DNA from: Mobula birostris
Taxonomy: Eukaryota
Assembly (NCBI RefSeq): GCF_030028105.1
Contig: NC_092377.1
Span: forward strand, 137,869,736-137,933,735
Reading direction: 5' to 3'
DNA length: 64,000 nt
A model generated the notes under the pieces. That model was not told the origin of the DNA. It searched no databases and worked only from the letters and a program-made list of their open reading frames with translations. Positions 24,700 through 64,000 of the stretch are shown here, one piece after another (the first letter of the stretch is position 1; each line of letters opens with the position of its first letter). Made by a program: the position numbers and the translations under genes.

Positions 24700-25400
24700 T
24701 GACATGTAGATGAGTGGATTAGTAAGTTTGCAGCCGACACAAAAAAACATAGAATTGCGGAGAGTGAACAAGGTGTTCAAAATATAGAGCAGAATATAGA
24801 AATGGGATGGGAAATGACAGAATCAGCTTAATCCAAGGATTTGATCATGTTGTGCTTTTGGAGATTTAATGGGGAAAATTATACCATTAATAGCACAACC
24901 TTTAAGAGCACCGATGTACTGAAGGATCATGGGGTCCAAGTGCATAACTCCCAGAAAGTAACAACACAAGTAGAAAGGATGGTTAAAAGGAAAACATACA
25001 ACTTGCTTGCTTTCAGCAGTCAGAGCACGGAGGATATGAATAAAGAAATGAAGTTGCAGCTGTATACAACTGGTTCGGGTGCACGTGGAGTATTGGACAC
25101 ATTATAAGAAGGACGTGGAGGCTTTGGGGAGAGAGCAGAAGACACTTAACAGGGTACTGCGTGGATTGGAGGTTATTTGCTAGAAGAAAAGGTTGGACAA
25201 ACTTGTGTTGTTTTCTCTGGAGTATCACAGGCTGAGGGGAGACCTAACTAGAGGTTTACAAAAATATGAAGGGCAAACAGTTAAAATCTGTTTCCCAGCA
25301 GAGAAATGTCGAATACTTAAGGACCTAGGGAGAGTTTAATGGAGATGTGCGTGTAAGTTATTTTACACAGACAGGTGCCTGCAGGACGTTGCCGGTGGGA
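24700..25400 (+). mobile_element. Old CR1 RT 3' fragment
   Basis: agtaagtttgcagccgacacaaaa (KFAADTK) and downstream CR1-like DNA, heavily decayed. Confidence 0.6.
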
Positions 25401-25983
25401 GTTGGCAGAAGCTCAAGTCGAGTTGAATTGATTGTCATGTGGGACATGTGTGGTAAGGTGAAGTACAATGCCAAACTTGCTTGCAGGGCATCACAAACAT
25501 GTAGGTACAGACAACAGACTGAACATTAACCATGCATAAAATTATACCATTCAGTGGAAAATGAAGACTGTGCAAAATTGCAATGAAAAACTAAGACACA
25601 ATTGAAGTTGACGGCATGTTGACATGATAGAGACGGTTAAGGGGCATTTAGAAGGAGGGGTTATGGATCATGCAAAGGCAGATAGGTTCAGGTTAACTTG
25701 GGATCATGTGCTGAAGGGCTTGTTTCTGTGCTTACTGCTGCTTGATGTCCTGTCAGAGAGAATCTCTCTTGGGTCCTGCTGGCTGGTTTTGTGAAAATGT
25801 TCCACTAAAGCCATTATTTTAAGTCCTTATAGGAAATGGCCTGTGGCAGTAATAAATTCACTGGCTTTTCACCACTTCTTCTGTTCCCATTCCTTTTTTC
25901 TCTGTCCTCTAGGACCTTGGTGGTATCATTTGTTGAAATAAACAGTTCCCAGTGCAGAGAAAACACTGCCCCCTCTCAAACTT

Positions 25984-27462
25984 CAGCACGAGGAAATCTG
26001 TAGATGCTGGAATTTCAAGCAACACACATAAAAGTTGCTGGTGAACGCAGCAGGCCAGGCAGCATCTATAGGAAGAGGTACAGTCGACATTTCGAGCTGA
26101 GACCCTTCGTTAGGACTAACTGAAAGAAGAGATAGTAAGACATTTGAAAGTGGGAGGGGGAGGGGGAGATCCAAAATGATGGGAGAAGACAGGAGGGGGA
26201 GGGATGGAGCCAAGAGCTGGACAGGTGATCGGCAAAAGGGATATGAGAGGATCATGGGACAGGAGGCCCAGGGAGAAAGAAAGGGGAGAGGGGAAGCCCA
26301 GAGGATGGGCAAGGAGTATAGTGAGAGGGACAGCGGGAGAAAAAGGAGAGAGAGAAAAAAAATTAATAATAATATGTAAATAAATAACGCATGGGGTATG
26401 CATCTCTCCCATTTCACGCACATCTGCTCTCACCCCATCCTCCCGCCACCCCACTAGGAATAGGGTTCTCCTTGTCCTCACCTACCACCCCACCAGCCTC
26501 CGGGTCCAACATATAATTCTCCATAACTTCCGCCACCTCCAACAGGATCCCCCCACTAAGCACATCTTTCCCTCCCCCCCCACCTCTGCTTTCCGCAGGG
26601 ATTGCTCCTTACGCGACTCCCTTGTCCATTCGTTTCCCCCCCCCCATCCCTTCCCACCGATCTCCCTCCTGGCACTTATCCTTGTAAGCGGAACAAGTGC
26701 TACACGTGCCCTTACACTTCCTCCCTCACCACCATTCGGGGCCCCAGATAGTCCTCCCAGGTGAGGCCACACTTCACCTGTGAGTCGGCTGGGGTGATAT
26801 ACTGCGTCCGGTGCTCCGGATGCGGCCTTCTATATATTGGTGAGACCCGACGCAGACTGGGAGATCGTTTCGCTGAACACCTACGCTCTGTCCACCAGAG
26901 AAAACAGGATCTCCCAGTGGCCACACATTTTAATTCCACGTCCCATTCCCATTTTGATATGTCTATCCACTGCCTCCTCTACTATAAAGATGAAGCCACA
27001 CTCAGGTTGGAGGAACAACACCTTATATTCCGTCTGGGTAGCCTCCAACCTGATAGCATGAACATTGACTTCTCTAACTTCCGTTAGTGCCCCACCTCCC
27101 CTTCGTACCCCATCCGTTATTTATTTATTATTTTCTCTCTCTCCTTTTTCTCCCTCTGTCCCCCTCACTATACCCCTTGCCCATCCTCTGGGTTTTTCCC
27201 CCCTCCCCCTTTTCTTTTTCCCCCCGGACCTCCTGTCCCATGATCCTCTCATATCCCCTTTGCCTATCACCTGTCCAGCTCTTGGCTCCATCCCTCCCCC
27301 TCCTGTCTTCTATCATTTTGGATCTCCCCCTCCCACTTTCAAATCTCTTACTAGCTCTTCTTTCAGTTGGTCCTGATGAAGGGTCTTGGCCCGAAACGTC
27401 GACTGTACCTCTTCCTAGATGCTGCCTGGCCTGCTGCGTTCACCAGCAACTTTGATGTGTGT
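25984..27462 (+). mobile_element. Penelope-like insertion: inverted 5' pLTR, GIY-YIG body, 3' pLTR, with a 14-bp TSD
   Basis: GIY-YIG ORF 26761-27087 (VIYCVRCSGCGLLYIGETRRRLGDRFAEH...HFN). 26020-26400 is the reverse complement of 27100-27462. TSD cccctctcaaactt (25970-25983) versus cccttctcaaactt (27463-27476), 13 of 14 matching. Confidence 0.9.
27368..27405 (+). ncRNA. Minimal type I hammerhead ribozyme motif with intact catalytic core
   Basis: gtc-CTGATGA(27373-27379)-A-GGG tcttgg CCC-GAAAC(27393-27397)-GTC(27398-27400)-gac. Palindromic ACGT helix III. Hammerheads in Penelope pLTRs are established; activity here is untested. Confidence 0.7.
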
Positions 27463-27768
27463 CCCTTCTCAAACTTGTTCACTTGCATCAGAATCCACCA
27501 GCTGTCACACTACCAAGTGAAGCCCCCCAATTCTCTTACCCCTCACACTTGGTCACTCATTTCTTGCTACCTCGGCAGTAATATCTCACACTCAACGCTG
27601 ATATGGCATCCACCGGTTCAACAGAACAAGCTGGCAAGTATAACTTTATGGCAATTCATGACGGTGCAAAGTCTGTTCCAGTGATCACTGGAGCCGTGCC
27701 AATTAACACGGTCTTTCATTTATAACATTGCAGAAGTCAGACCCTCTCTCGTTCGGCCAGCGTCCCGA

Positions 27769-27951
27769 GAGCGCGCGCGCAAGGAAGTGCCTCGACTTCC
27801 GTTTGGGCGGAGGCGCGTGCGCGCCCGCGCGGTCCGGGATTCTCGGCTGCGGAGCGCGCGCGCGCAAGGAAGTGACTCGACTTCCGTTTGGGCGGAGGCG
27901 CGTGCGCGCCCGCGCGGTCCGGGATTCTCGGCTGCGGAGCGCGCGCGCGCA
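27769..27951. repeat. 85-bp tandem duplication (about 2.15 copies)
   Basis: 27781-27865 and 27866-27950 are identical at 84 of 85 positions (aaggaagtgC versus aaggaagtgA). Confidence 0.95.
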
Positions 27952-27959
27952 CGGCCTGT

Positions 27960-28105
27960 GTCGGCCGGGTCGCCGGTCTCGCGTTAAAGCCCCCGCCGCC
28001 CGCCGCGGACGAGCTGCTGGTCGCTATGGGGCTCAGGCTGCTGGGGATGACGCTCGGATCCATGCGGACGGCCTCGTCCTCCTCATAACCGAACTGTTTA
28101 ACTCT
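27960..28105 (+). other. POLM: Putative non-coding first exon of POLM (start uncertain)
   Basis: Donor-like ct|gtacgt at 28106 at the island edge, and a good acceptor (cctttctcag, 28560) just before the start codon. No transcript evidence. Confidence 0.45.
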
Positions 28106-28588
28106 GTACGTTAAACCACCGCTGGGTTTGATCTTATCGTCGTTAAGTTTCGCCCTTACTCGTTGTCAGATCTGTCTCGCTGTTAATTATGTTCACTTTC
28201 GTCTTAAATTTCACTTGGAATATTGATTTAGTGTTGACACGGGTGTTTTTGTAGGAGTTGGTATGTTGAATGTCAAGTTGTATTCCCCACATGCGAAGTT
28301 GCCTTTCATGTTACTTATTTGCATAATACTTAATGTTGTTCTGAGTCCTGGTGAAGGATTTGTGCCTGAAATGAAGATTATTGATTTCCCTCCATAAGAT
28401 GCTGCCTGACCTGCTGATTTCATTCGCCTTCTCTGTGTGTGTTGCTCCGATTTATGGCACCTTCAGTCTTGTGTCTCATGCTGTAGCTTGTGAAGTTTCT
28501 TTGCTGAAATTGACCCAAGCCCTTCTTTCAGTAGTAATACTCTACCTTTGCCTTTCTCAGGTCAGTGAGCTCCTGTGTCAGCTGCACC

Positions 28589-57065
<28,477 letters not shown>

Positions 57066-57455
57066 TCAGCTGAGCTCAGGCCATTGGAATACACAAATAC
57101 TGTGGAGAATGGTTCCGGAAAAAAATATTGGTAGCACTTTTGTCAATTTACACTGGGTAAAAGGTGGGCACTCACCCAGGACTACTGCTGTACAGTAAGC
57201 TGTTGAATTTGTAATTCATGATGGTACAGATTGTTCAGCAGCTTGGATGTGGTTTCTGTCTGATGCATATCTGGATGTGTATCAGTGGTTGAGTGGGATC
57301 ACTGTCACTCCATAGTTTCTGGATTCAACTCCAACTCAAGAAAAAGATGCATAATGTCAGCTGACGTTGAGGGATCACTGCACTGTAAAAGGTGCTACTA
57401 ATTTGAGATCATGTGTCCTCTAAGATGCATGTGAAATACCCCATGCTGCTATCAT

Positions 57456-57526
57456 AATAAAAGCATGAACAATCTTCCCAGGATCATGGTCATCTGAACT
57501 TTAATAACTAAATGGAATAAAATAAA
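57456..57526 (+). terminator. Candidate POLM polyadenylation signals
   Basis: AATAAA at 57456-57461 and overlapping copies at 57516-57526, followed by a GT/T-rich tract (gttgttgtttttgtgg). Confidence 0.55.
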
Positions 57527-58129
57527 AGCAATAAGTTTGGAATAAGTTGTTGTTTTTGTGGAACTTTTTGCACTGCATTTTCCACATTGAAATGGTGACC
57601 ACACTTCAAACAAGTTTCGTTTGCTGTAGAGTGGTTTGGCACAGATTGAGATTATGAAGATAGTATGAAACAAGAAGATGACAAAAATCGCATTTTCCAG
57701 AATCTCTTCATATTTTCTTTTTCTGTCAAACTACCCAGGCTGGTTGATTCTTAAAATATTCTGTGGTTTTGAAATGATGATGAAGAACTACAGATCTTGG
57801 AGCAAAAAGACAAACTGCTGGAGCATTTGTTGAAGCATGGGGATGGTTGCTGGTTGACTGTCTGCCTCCATAGAGTCTGCTTGACCCATTCAGTTCCTCC
57901 TGCAGTTCTTTTCACTCTTGTGTTTGTGAACTAAATTGTTCTATCATTCCTGTCCACTAGAGGGCATCTGTAGACTGAGCATAGAGCACGCTAGCGGCTG
58001 GATGGAGTTGTCCTTAATCAGTACAATAATTTCTATTGGTCTTCATTTCACAAAGTAGAATAAGCAGAAATTCTGGAAATTGATAAAAGTGGGTAATAAA
58101 ATGGATACAGTAACACAAGACTGCAGTTC

Positions 58130-58800
58130 TGGAACGCCAATTCAGCAGATGCTGGAAATCTTGAGCAACACACACAAAATGCTGAAGGAATTCAGCAAGC
58201 CAAGCAGCATCAATGGAAGTTAATAAGCAGTCAAGATTTCAAGCCAAAATCCTTCATCAGGATTGGAAAGGAAGGGGACAGAGTTCTGAATAATGTGGAG
58301 GTGGGGAAAGGAGTAGAAGTTGGTAGGTGATGAGCAAGACTGGGTGGGTGGAGAGGAGATGAAGTTGGGAGGTGATTGGTGGAAGAGGTAAGGGACTGAA
58401 AAAGAAGGAAACTAATGGGAAAAAACAGTGGACCATGGAAGAAAGGGAAGGAGGAGGGGAACCAGATGGAGGTGATGGACATCTGAGAAGACAGGAGGTG
58501 AGAAGGTAACCAGGATGAGTAATGGAAAAATAGAGGAGAGGGGGAGAAATTACTACAAGTTAGAGAAATCAATTTCCATCCCATTATATATTTTTTTTCA
58601 GATGAATAAAGAGTAAAAGAGGCAAGAGTGGATATTGAACTACTGGAAAAAAATGATGCTGGGTGGTAGTAATAGGGGACAAACAGTGGATGAACTTGAA
58701 CAGAATATGAGGTGCGGTTCCTCCAACCCAAGTTTGGCCGTAGTGGAGGTCCTGGACAGGCATAGGCCTGCCCAAGCTTATTGAAATAGAGGCACCTATC
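58130..58800 (-). mobile_element. Penelope-like 3' end / pLTR
   Basis: Antisense GIY-YIG remnant, purine tract, and degenerate hammerhead (ccttcatcagga) at about 58230-58262. Confidence 0.7.
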
Positions 58801-59519
58801 AGAGAGGGTGCAACACTTGACCTCTTCCTGGGGAATGAGGTAGGGCAAGTGGTGGAAGTGTCTGTTAATAAGAACCTTGGGTCCAGTGACCATATCCTAT
58901 TAGTTTTAAAATAGTTATGGAATAGGATATGACCAGTTCACAGTTTCAGGACCTGAACTGCAGCAGAACAAATTTTGGAGACATTGGCGGTCGATTGGCT
59001 GAGATCATTTGCAGGGAAAGGAGTGTCAGCAAAGTGCAATGCCAAGCATTCAGGGCCTGCATGTTCCTGTTAGGGTGAAACAGAAGGCTGGCAGGTTTTA
59101 GGACACTTGGTTGATGAGAGAGATTGAGGCTCTGGTGAAGAAAAAGAGAGAGTCATACACTGTGCATAACCCACTTGCAACCTGTGAATCTCTTGTTGAC
59201 TGCAAGAAGTATTGTGACACACTTAAGAGAGAAGTTGAGAGAGCTAAAAGAGGATGTGAGAAGGATTTGGCAGGCAAGGTGAGGTAAAATCCCAAGATAT
59301 TCTAGAGAAACATGAAGAGTAAAAGAGTGGCTATGCTGAGAATAGAAATGGTGAGAATTTTAATTAATTAAGGGAATGAGTGGTGTTGTCTTGGAACCTA
59401 TATGGAGTAGCAGGGAGGTACTGGAGGCCTTCAGGTGAATCAATCCCTAGGGTCTGACCTAGTGCATCCCCTGTGGGAAGCTAGAGGAAAAAAAATATGA
59501 AGCACCTTGCAGAGATTCT

Positions 59520-60315
59520 TGTGGTTTGAACGTGGAGAAGACCAAGGAAGTTATTGTGGATTTCAGGAAGGTGCAGATGAACCATCCCCCTCTGTGAATA
59601 CATGGCTCCTCCGCAGACAGTTAAGTGCACCAAATCCCTGGGAGTTCACATCACTGATGACCTCACCTTATCCCTTAATATCATCTCCCCGAACAAGAAG
59701 GCACAGCAGCACCTCCACTTCCTCAGATGATTGAGGCAAGCGAGGCTCTCCCTTCCCCATCTTAACTGTGTTTTACAGGAGCACCCCTGAGAGTGTCCTG
59801 ACAAGCTGCATCTCCATCTGATATGGGAGCAGTCAAGCATTGGACGGAAATTCCTACAAAGGACTGTGGGAATGGCTAAGAGGACCATAGAGGTCACCTT
59901 ACCATCTATTGGGGACATTTATCAGGAGTGCTGTGAAAGCAGGGCCCTTAGCATTATCAAGGATCCCTCCCATCCACCCACCATCCTCCTCCACTTTCTC
60001 CCATCAGGGAGGAGACTTCGATCCATAAAAACAAGAACGGTCAGGATGGGAAATTGTTTTTCCCCTCAGGCCATTAGGCTTCTGAACTCCCTGCCGCATT
60101 GCAATCAAAGTGTCACTGGTTAATCTGTTCTGTACATTACCATATTTAATTTATGCACTTTATTTATGTGTAATCCATCTAGATTTTATCCTTACTTTCA
60201 TAAGTTATTGTGTGTTATGTATACTACAGTACTTTACACCCTGGTTTGGAGAAACATTGTCTCATTTGAGGGAATACGTATATATAGTTAAATGACAATA
60301 AGCTTGACTTGACTT
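59520..60315 (+). mobile_element. Rex/Babar LINE 3' portion
   Basis: ORF 59866-60123 (LPSIGDIY..CC..RALSIIKDPSHP...GNCFSPQAIRLLN) and (cttga)n tail. Confidence 0.8.
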
Positions 60316-60329
60316 ATCTCTGACTGACT

Positions 60330-61020
60330 ACATGTGAGGTTCTCGATGACTGGAGAGTGACTAATATGGTGCACTGTTTACCTTTGTTTGTAATTTAAAT
60401 AGGTGACTTGGATGTGAAAGTCCAGTACAAATCATCTTCAGTAATTTAGCGGATGTTACTAATACAGGTGGTGGTGTAGAGTAGAAGATTATGAAATTTT
60501 ACAGGGGGATCTGATCAACAGGGAATGTGGGCTGAGGATTGGGAAACACCTTTCAGTCCAGGTAAATGTGGAGATCAAATCAGGGTAGGACCACTGTTAA
60601 TGGTCATGCTCTGAGGAGTATTGTGGAACAGGGGGACTGAGGAATGCAAGGGCATAGTTCTCTGAAAGTAGCATCACAGGTAGATAGGTTGATGAAGGGT
60701 TTTGGCACACTGGCCCATCAGTTAATGGGCACCGGGAAGTTGATTTGAAGGCACCGGTGAGGCTGCACTGAAGTGTTGTGGACAGTCTTGGTCACCTTGT
60801 TATAGGGTAGATGAGAAAAGAGTGCAGAGAAGATTTACCAGGATGTTGCCTAGACTCAAGGGCCTAAATTACAAGGAGAGGTCACATAGACTAGGACTTT
60901 ATTTCCAGCTACATAGGAGATTGAGGGGTGACCTGACAGAACTATACAAAATCATGAGGGGTATAGATGGGGTGTAACCTTTTTTCTTGGGAAGGGGCAA
61001 CTAAAAATAGAGGTCATGGG
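60330..61020 (+). mobile_element. Decayed CR1 3' region
   Basis: CR1-like DNA (gatttaccaggatgttgcctagactc...aaaatcatgaggggtatagat). Confidence 0.65.
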
Positions 61021-61899
61021 TTTATTTCCTTTAATATCCCAGTGAGCAGTCCAACAGATCCTATCAACTTATCTGCCTTAAGCCCCCTGAGTTTCTCCAA
61101 TAGTAAATCTCCTGCATTTGGGATTTTTGTGATTCTACCATGTTATTTGAAATTAGCCTGAATTAAGAATATTGGCAGTGTCTTTCACAGGGAAATCTGA
61201 TGCAAAAAAATGTATTCAAAGGTTCATTTTATTATCAAAGATGTATGTAGAATACAACTCTGAAACTTGTCTTCTCCAGATAGCCATAGAATACAGAAAA
61301 CTGTAGAAGTATTTAAAAGAATGACATCAATTCCCCCCCGCATGAAAAGAAAAAGAAACAAAAACTTGCAAACTCCAAACACCACCTGCCCCCCCGAACA
61401 AAAACTAACAGATCACCCAAAGCCCCCAGCCCGCCAGTTGGCAACAAGAAAGAATGGGCGAGAACATTAAAAAGAACACAGAGCTGAAAGAGGCCAATGT
61501 GAACTACAGTCTATTTTGTTGTTTGCTGTGATTATTTTACCAGTCTTGTTTTTTAGTGGCCCCACCTTTACTTCAGCTACCCCCTTCATCCTTCAGCATT
61601 CTTCGAAACCTTTATTGTCTGTTTTTATACCACGTGCAAGTTTTCCCACTATTCATTTTTCTTCCTTTTTAATGTGCCCTTTAGTTGTCTCCTGTCACAA
61701 TCCCCTGGCCTGCCAACAACTCTAGCCATTTTGCATGTACAATTTTTCACCATTACATATACAATTTTTCACATTTACATTATCCTTTATCTCCTTTAAT
61801 AAGCACGGATTTTGCTTTTCTCACGGATTCCCACTTTTTGATTGGGATAAACTTTTGCTGTGCATTATAGACTAACTGTTTCAATACTTAATTATTTAG

Positions 61900-64000
61900 A
61901 GATGCAGTGCAGAAAAGGCCTTTATTCCCACTCTTAACTCCTGCCAGTCAGCCAATCTTCTATCCAGGCTGGTATCCTTCCTGTAATACCATGGGCTCTT
62001 ATCTTGTTTAGTAGCTTCATACTATGCAGCACCTTGTCAGAGGTCTTATGAAAATCCAAGTAAATGACATTCGCTGACTCTCCTTTGTCTACCTTGCCTG
62101 TTATTTCCTCAAAGAATTCCAACACATTTGTCAAGCAAGATTTCACCTTAAGGAAACCAAACTGACTTTTATTTTATCATGTGTCTCCAAGTATCCCAGA
62201 ACCTCATTCTTAGTAATGAACTCCAACATCTTCCCAACCACTGAAATCAGGCTAACCTCCCAATAATTTCCTTTCTTTTGCCTCCCTTCTTAAACAGTGG
62301 AGTGACATTTGCAATGTTCCAGTCCTCCAGAACGATTCCAGAATTTAGTGATTCTTGAAACATCATTAGTAATGCCTCTACAATCTCTTCAGCTATCTCC
62401 TTCAGAACCCTGGGGTGTAGTCTATCTGGTCCAGGTGACTTATCTACCTTCAGACATTTTAGCTCCCCAGGCACCATCTCCTTAGTAATAGCAACTACTC
62501 TCACTTTTGCCCCCTGACACTCTGATTATTGGCATACTGCTAGTGCCTTCTACGGTGAAGACTGCTGCAAAATACTTATTAGGTTTGTCCACTATTTCTT
62601 TGTCTTCCATTACTACATCTCCAGCATCATTTTCCAGGGGTCCAATATCCATTCTCACCTCTCTTTTACTCGTCGTCTATCTGGAAAAAAATTGGTAGCT
62701 TCTTTTATGTTATTAGCTAGCTTACCTTCATATTTAATCTTTTCTCTCCTTATTACCTTCTGGTGGTTTTTAGAAGCTTCTCAATCTTCTAACTTCCCAC
62801 TAATTTTTGTGAATTTAAATGACCTCTCTTGTGCTTTTACGCTAACTTTTACTTCCCTTGTCAGCCTCAGTTGCCTCATCCTCCCTTTAGAATGCTTCTT
62901 CATCTTTGGTTTAGGTCTATCCCATGCCTTCTGAGTTGCCCCCAGAAACTCCAGCCATAGCTGTTCTGTTATCATCCCTGTTAGTGTCCCCTTAAAAAAC
63001 AACTTTGGCCAGCTCCTCTGTCATAAGACCATAAGACAGGAGCAGAATTAGGCCATATGGCCCGTCTAGTCTGCTCCACCATTCAATCATGGCTGATCCT
63101 TTTTTTTCTCCTTCTCAACCCCAGTTCCCAGCCTTCTCCCCGTAACCTTTGATGCCATGTCCAATCAAAAACCTATCAATCTCTGCCTTAAATACACCCA
63201 ATGACCTGGCCTCCACAGCTGCATGTAGCAACAAATTCCACAAATTCACCACCCTTTGGCTAAAAAAATTTCTCCACATCTCTGTTTGGAAAGAGCGCCC
63301 CACTGTACTGAGGCTGTACCCTCTTGTCCTAGACTCTCCCACCATGGGAAACATCGTTTCCACATCTCCTCTGTCCAGGCCTTTCAACATTCAAAAGGTT
63401 TCAATTAGATTCCCCCCTCATTCTTCTGAATTCCAGCAAGTACAGACCCAGAGCCATCAAACATTCCTCATATGATAACCCTTTCCTTCCTGGAATCACC
63501 CTTGTGAACTGCCTCTGGACCCTCTCCAATGTCAGTACATATCTTCTAAGATGAGGGGCCCAGACTGTTTATAATACTAATGGTGAGGCCTCGCCAGTAC
63601 CTTAAAAAGCCTCAGCATCACATCCTTGTTCTTGTATTCTAAATCTCTTGAAATTAATGCTAACATGGCATTTGCTTTGCTCACCACTGACTCAACTTGT
63701 GAGTTAATCTTTAGGTGTTCTGCACAAGGACTCCCAAGTCCCTCTGCATCTCAGCTTTTTGGATTTTCTCCACATTTAGAAAATAGTCCACACATTTACT
63801 TCTACTTCCGAAGTGCATAACCATGCATTTTCCAACATTGTATTTCATTTGCCACTTTCTTGCCCATCCTCCTCTCTGTCTAAGTCCTTGTGCATCCTAC
63901 CTGTTTCCTCAAAACTACCTGCCCCTCCACCAATCTTCATATCACCTGTAAACTTGGCAACAAAGCCATCTATTCCATCATTTAAATCATTGATATGCAG
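61900..64000 (-). mobile_element. Two CR1 pieces: RT region (61900-63010) and a 3' end (63020 to the window edge)
   Basis: ORFs 61934-62146, 62247-62504, 62781-63002 and 63115-63390; (cataaga) tail at about 63025. Confidence 0.85.

Larger units (their letters stand above)
27740..28110. promoter_or_regulatory. CpG-island promoter of POLM
   Basis: The only CpG-dense, very GC-rich non-repeat segment in the window, 480 bp upstream of the first coding exon. Contains ETS (GGAAGT / ACTTCCG), GC-box (GGGCGGAG) and NRF1-like (GCGCGTGCGC) motifs. Confidence 0.8.

Noticed and set aside
27677-27692. Perfect 16-bp palindrome TCCAGTGATCACTGGA near the promoter
   Set aside because: About one palindrome of this length is expected by chance in 64 kb, and there is no other support.
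1-27700. A second, divergently transcribed gene sharing the CpG island
   Set aside because: No convincing exon was found in the few non-repetitive stretches upstream. It cannot be excluded if exons are small or lie outside the window.
27728-28114. Long ORFs across the CpG island as coding exons or an N-terminal extension of Pol mu
   Set aside because: They are low-complexity Arg/Ala frames caused by GC richness and the duplication; splicing at 28105 would be out of frame with the ATG at 28589.

Overview
Eukaryotic genomic DNA, very rich in repeats. The repeat families (CR1, Rex/Babar, Penelope-like, HE1/V-SINE-like) suggest a cartilaginous fish, probably a ray; this is inferred, not shown. 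One protein-coding gene is supported: a complete + strand DNA polymerase mu (POLM, X family) with 11 coding exons from 28589 to 57065, encoding 528 aa. It is preceded by a CpG-island promoter containing a near-perfect 85-bp tandem duplication, and it has one GC-AG intron. The protein is Pol mu overall (ITHP, SSH, BRCT) but has a TdT-type DHFEKC motif, an enlarged loop 2 and an unusual GGFRREK nucleotide-binding motif. The rest of the window is nested transposons: L1/Tx1, CR1, Rex/Babar, RTE, an RLE-type LINE, Penelope-like elements, a decayed Gypsy element with a solo LTR, a mariner derivative and tRNA-derived SINEs. About ten minimal type I hammerhead-ribozyme motifs lie in Penelope terminal repeats. 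Two of them sit in tandem in a 324-bp retrozyme-like insert with a target-site duplication (TSD), and one with an intact core lies about 400 bp upstream of the POLM promoter. All assignments were made by eye without database searches. Exon, TSD and motif coordinates were counted base by base; the ends of decayed repeats are approximate.
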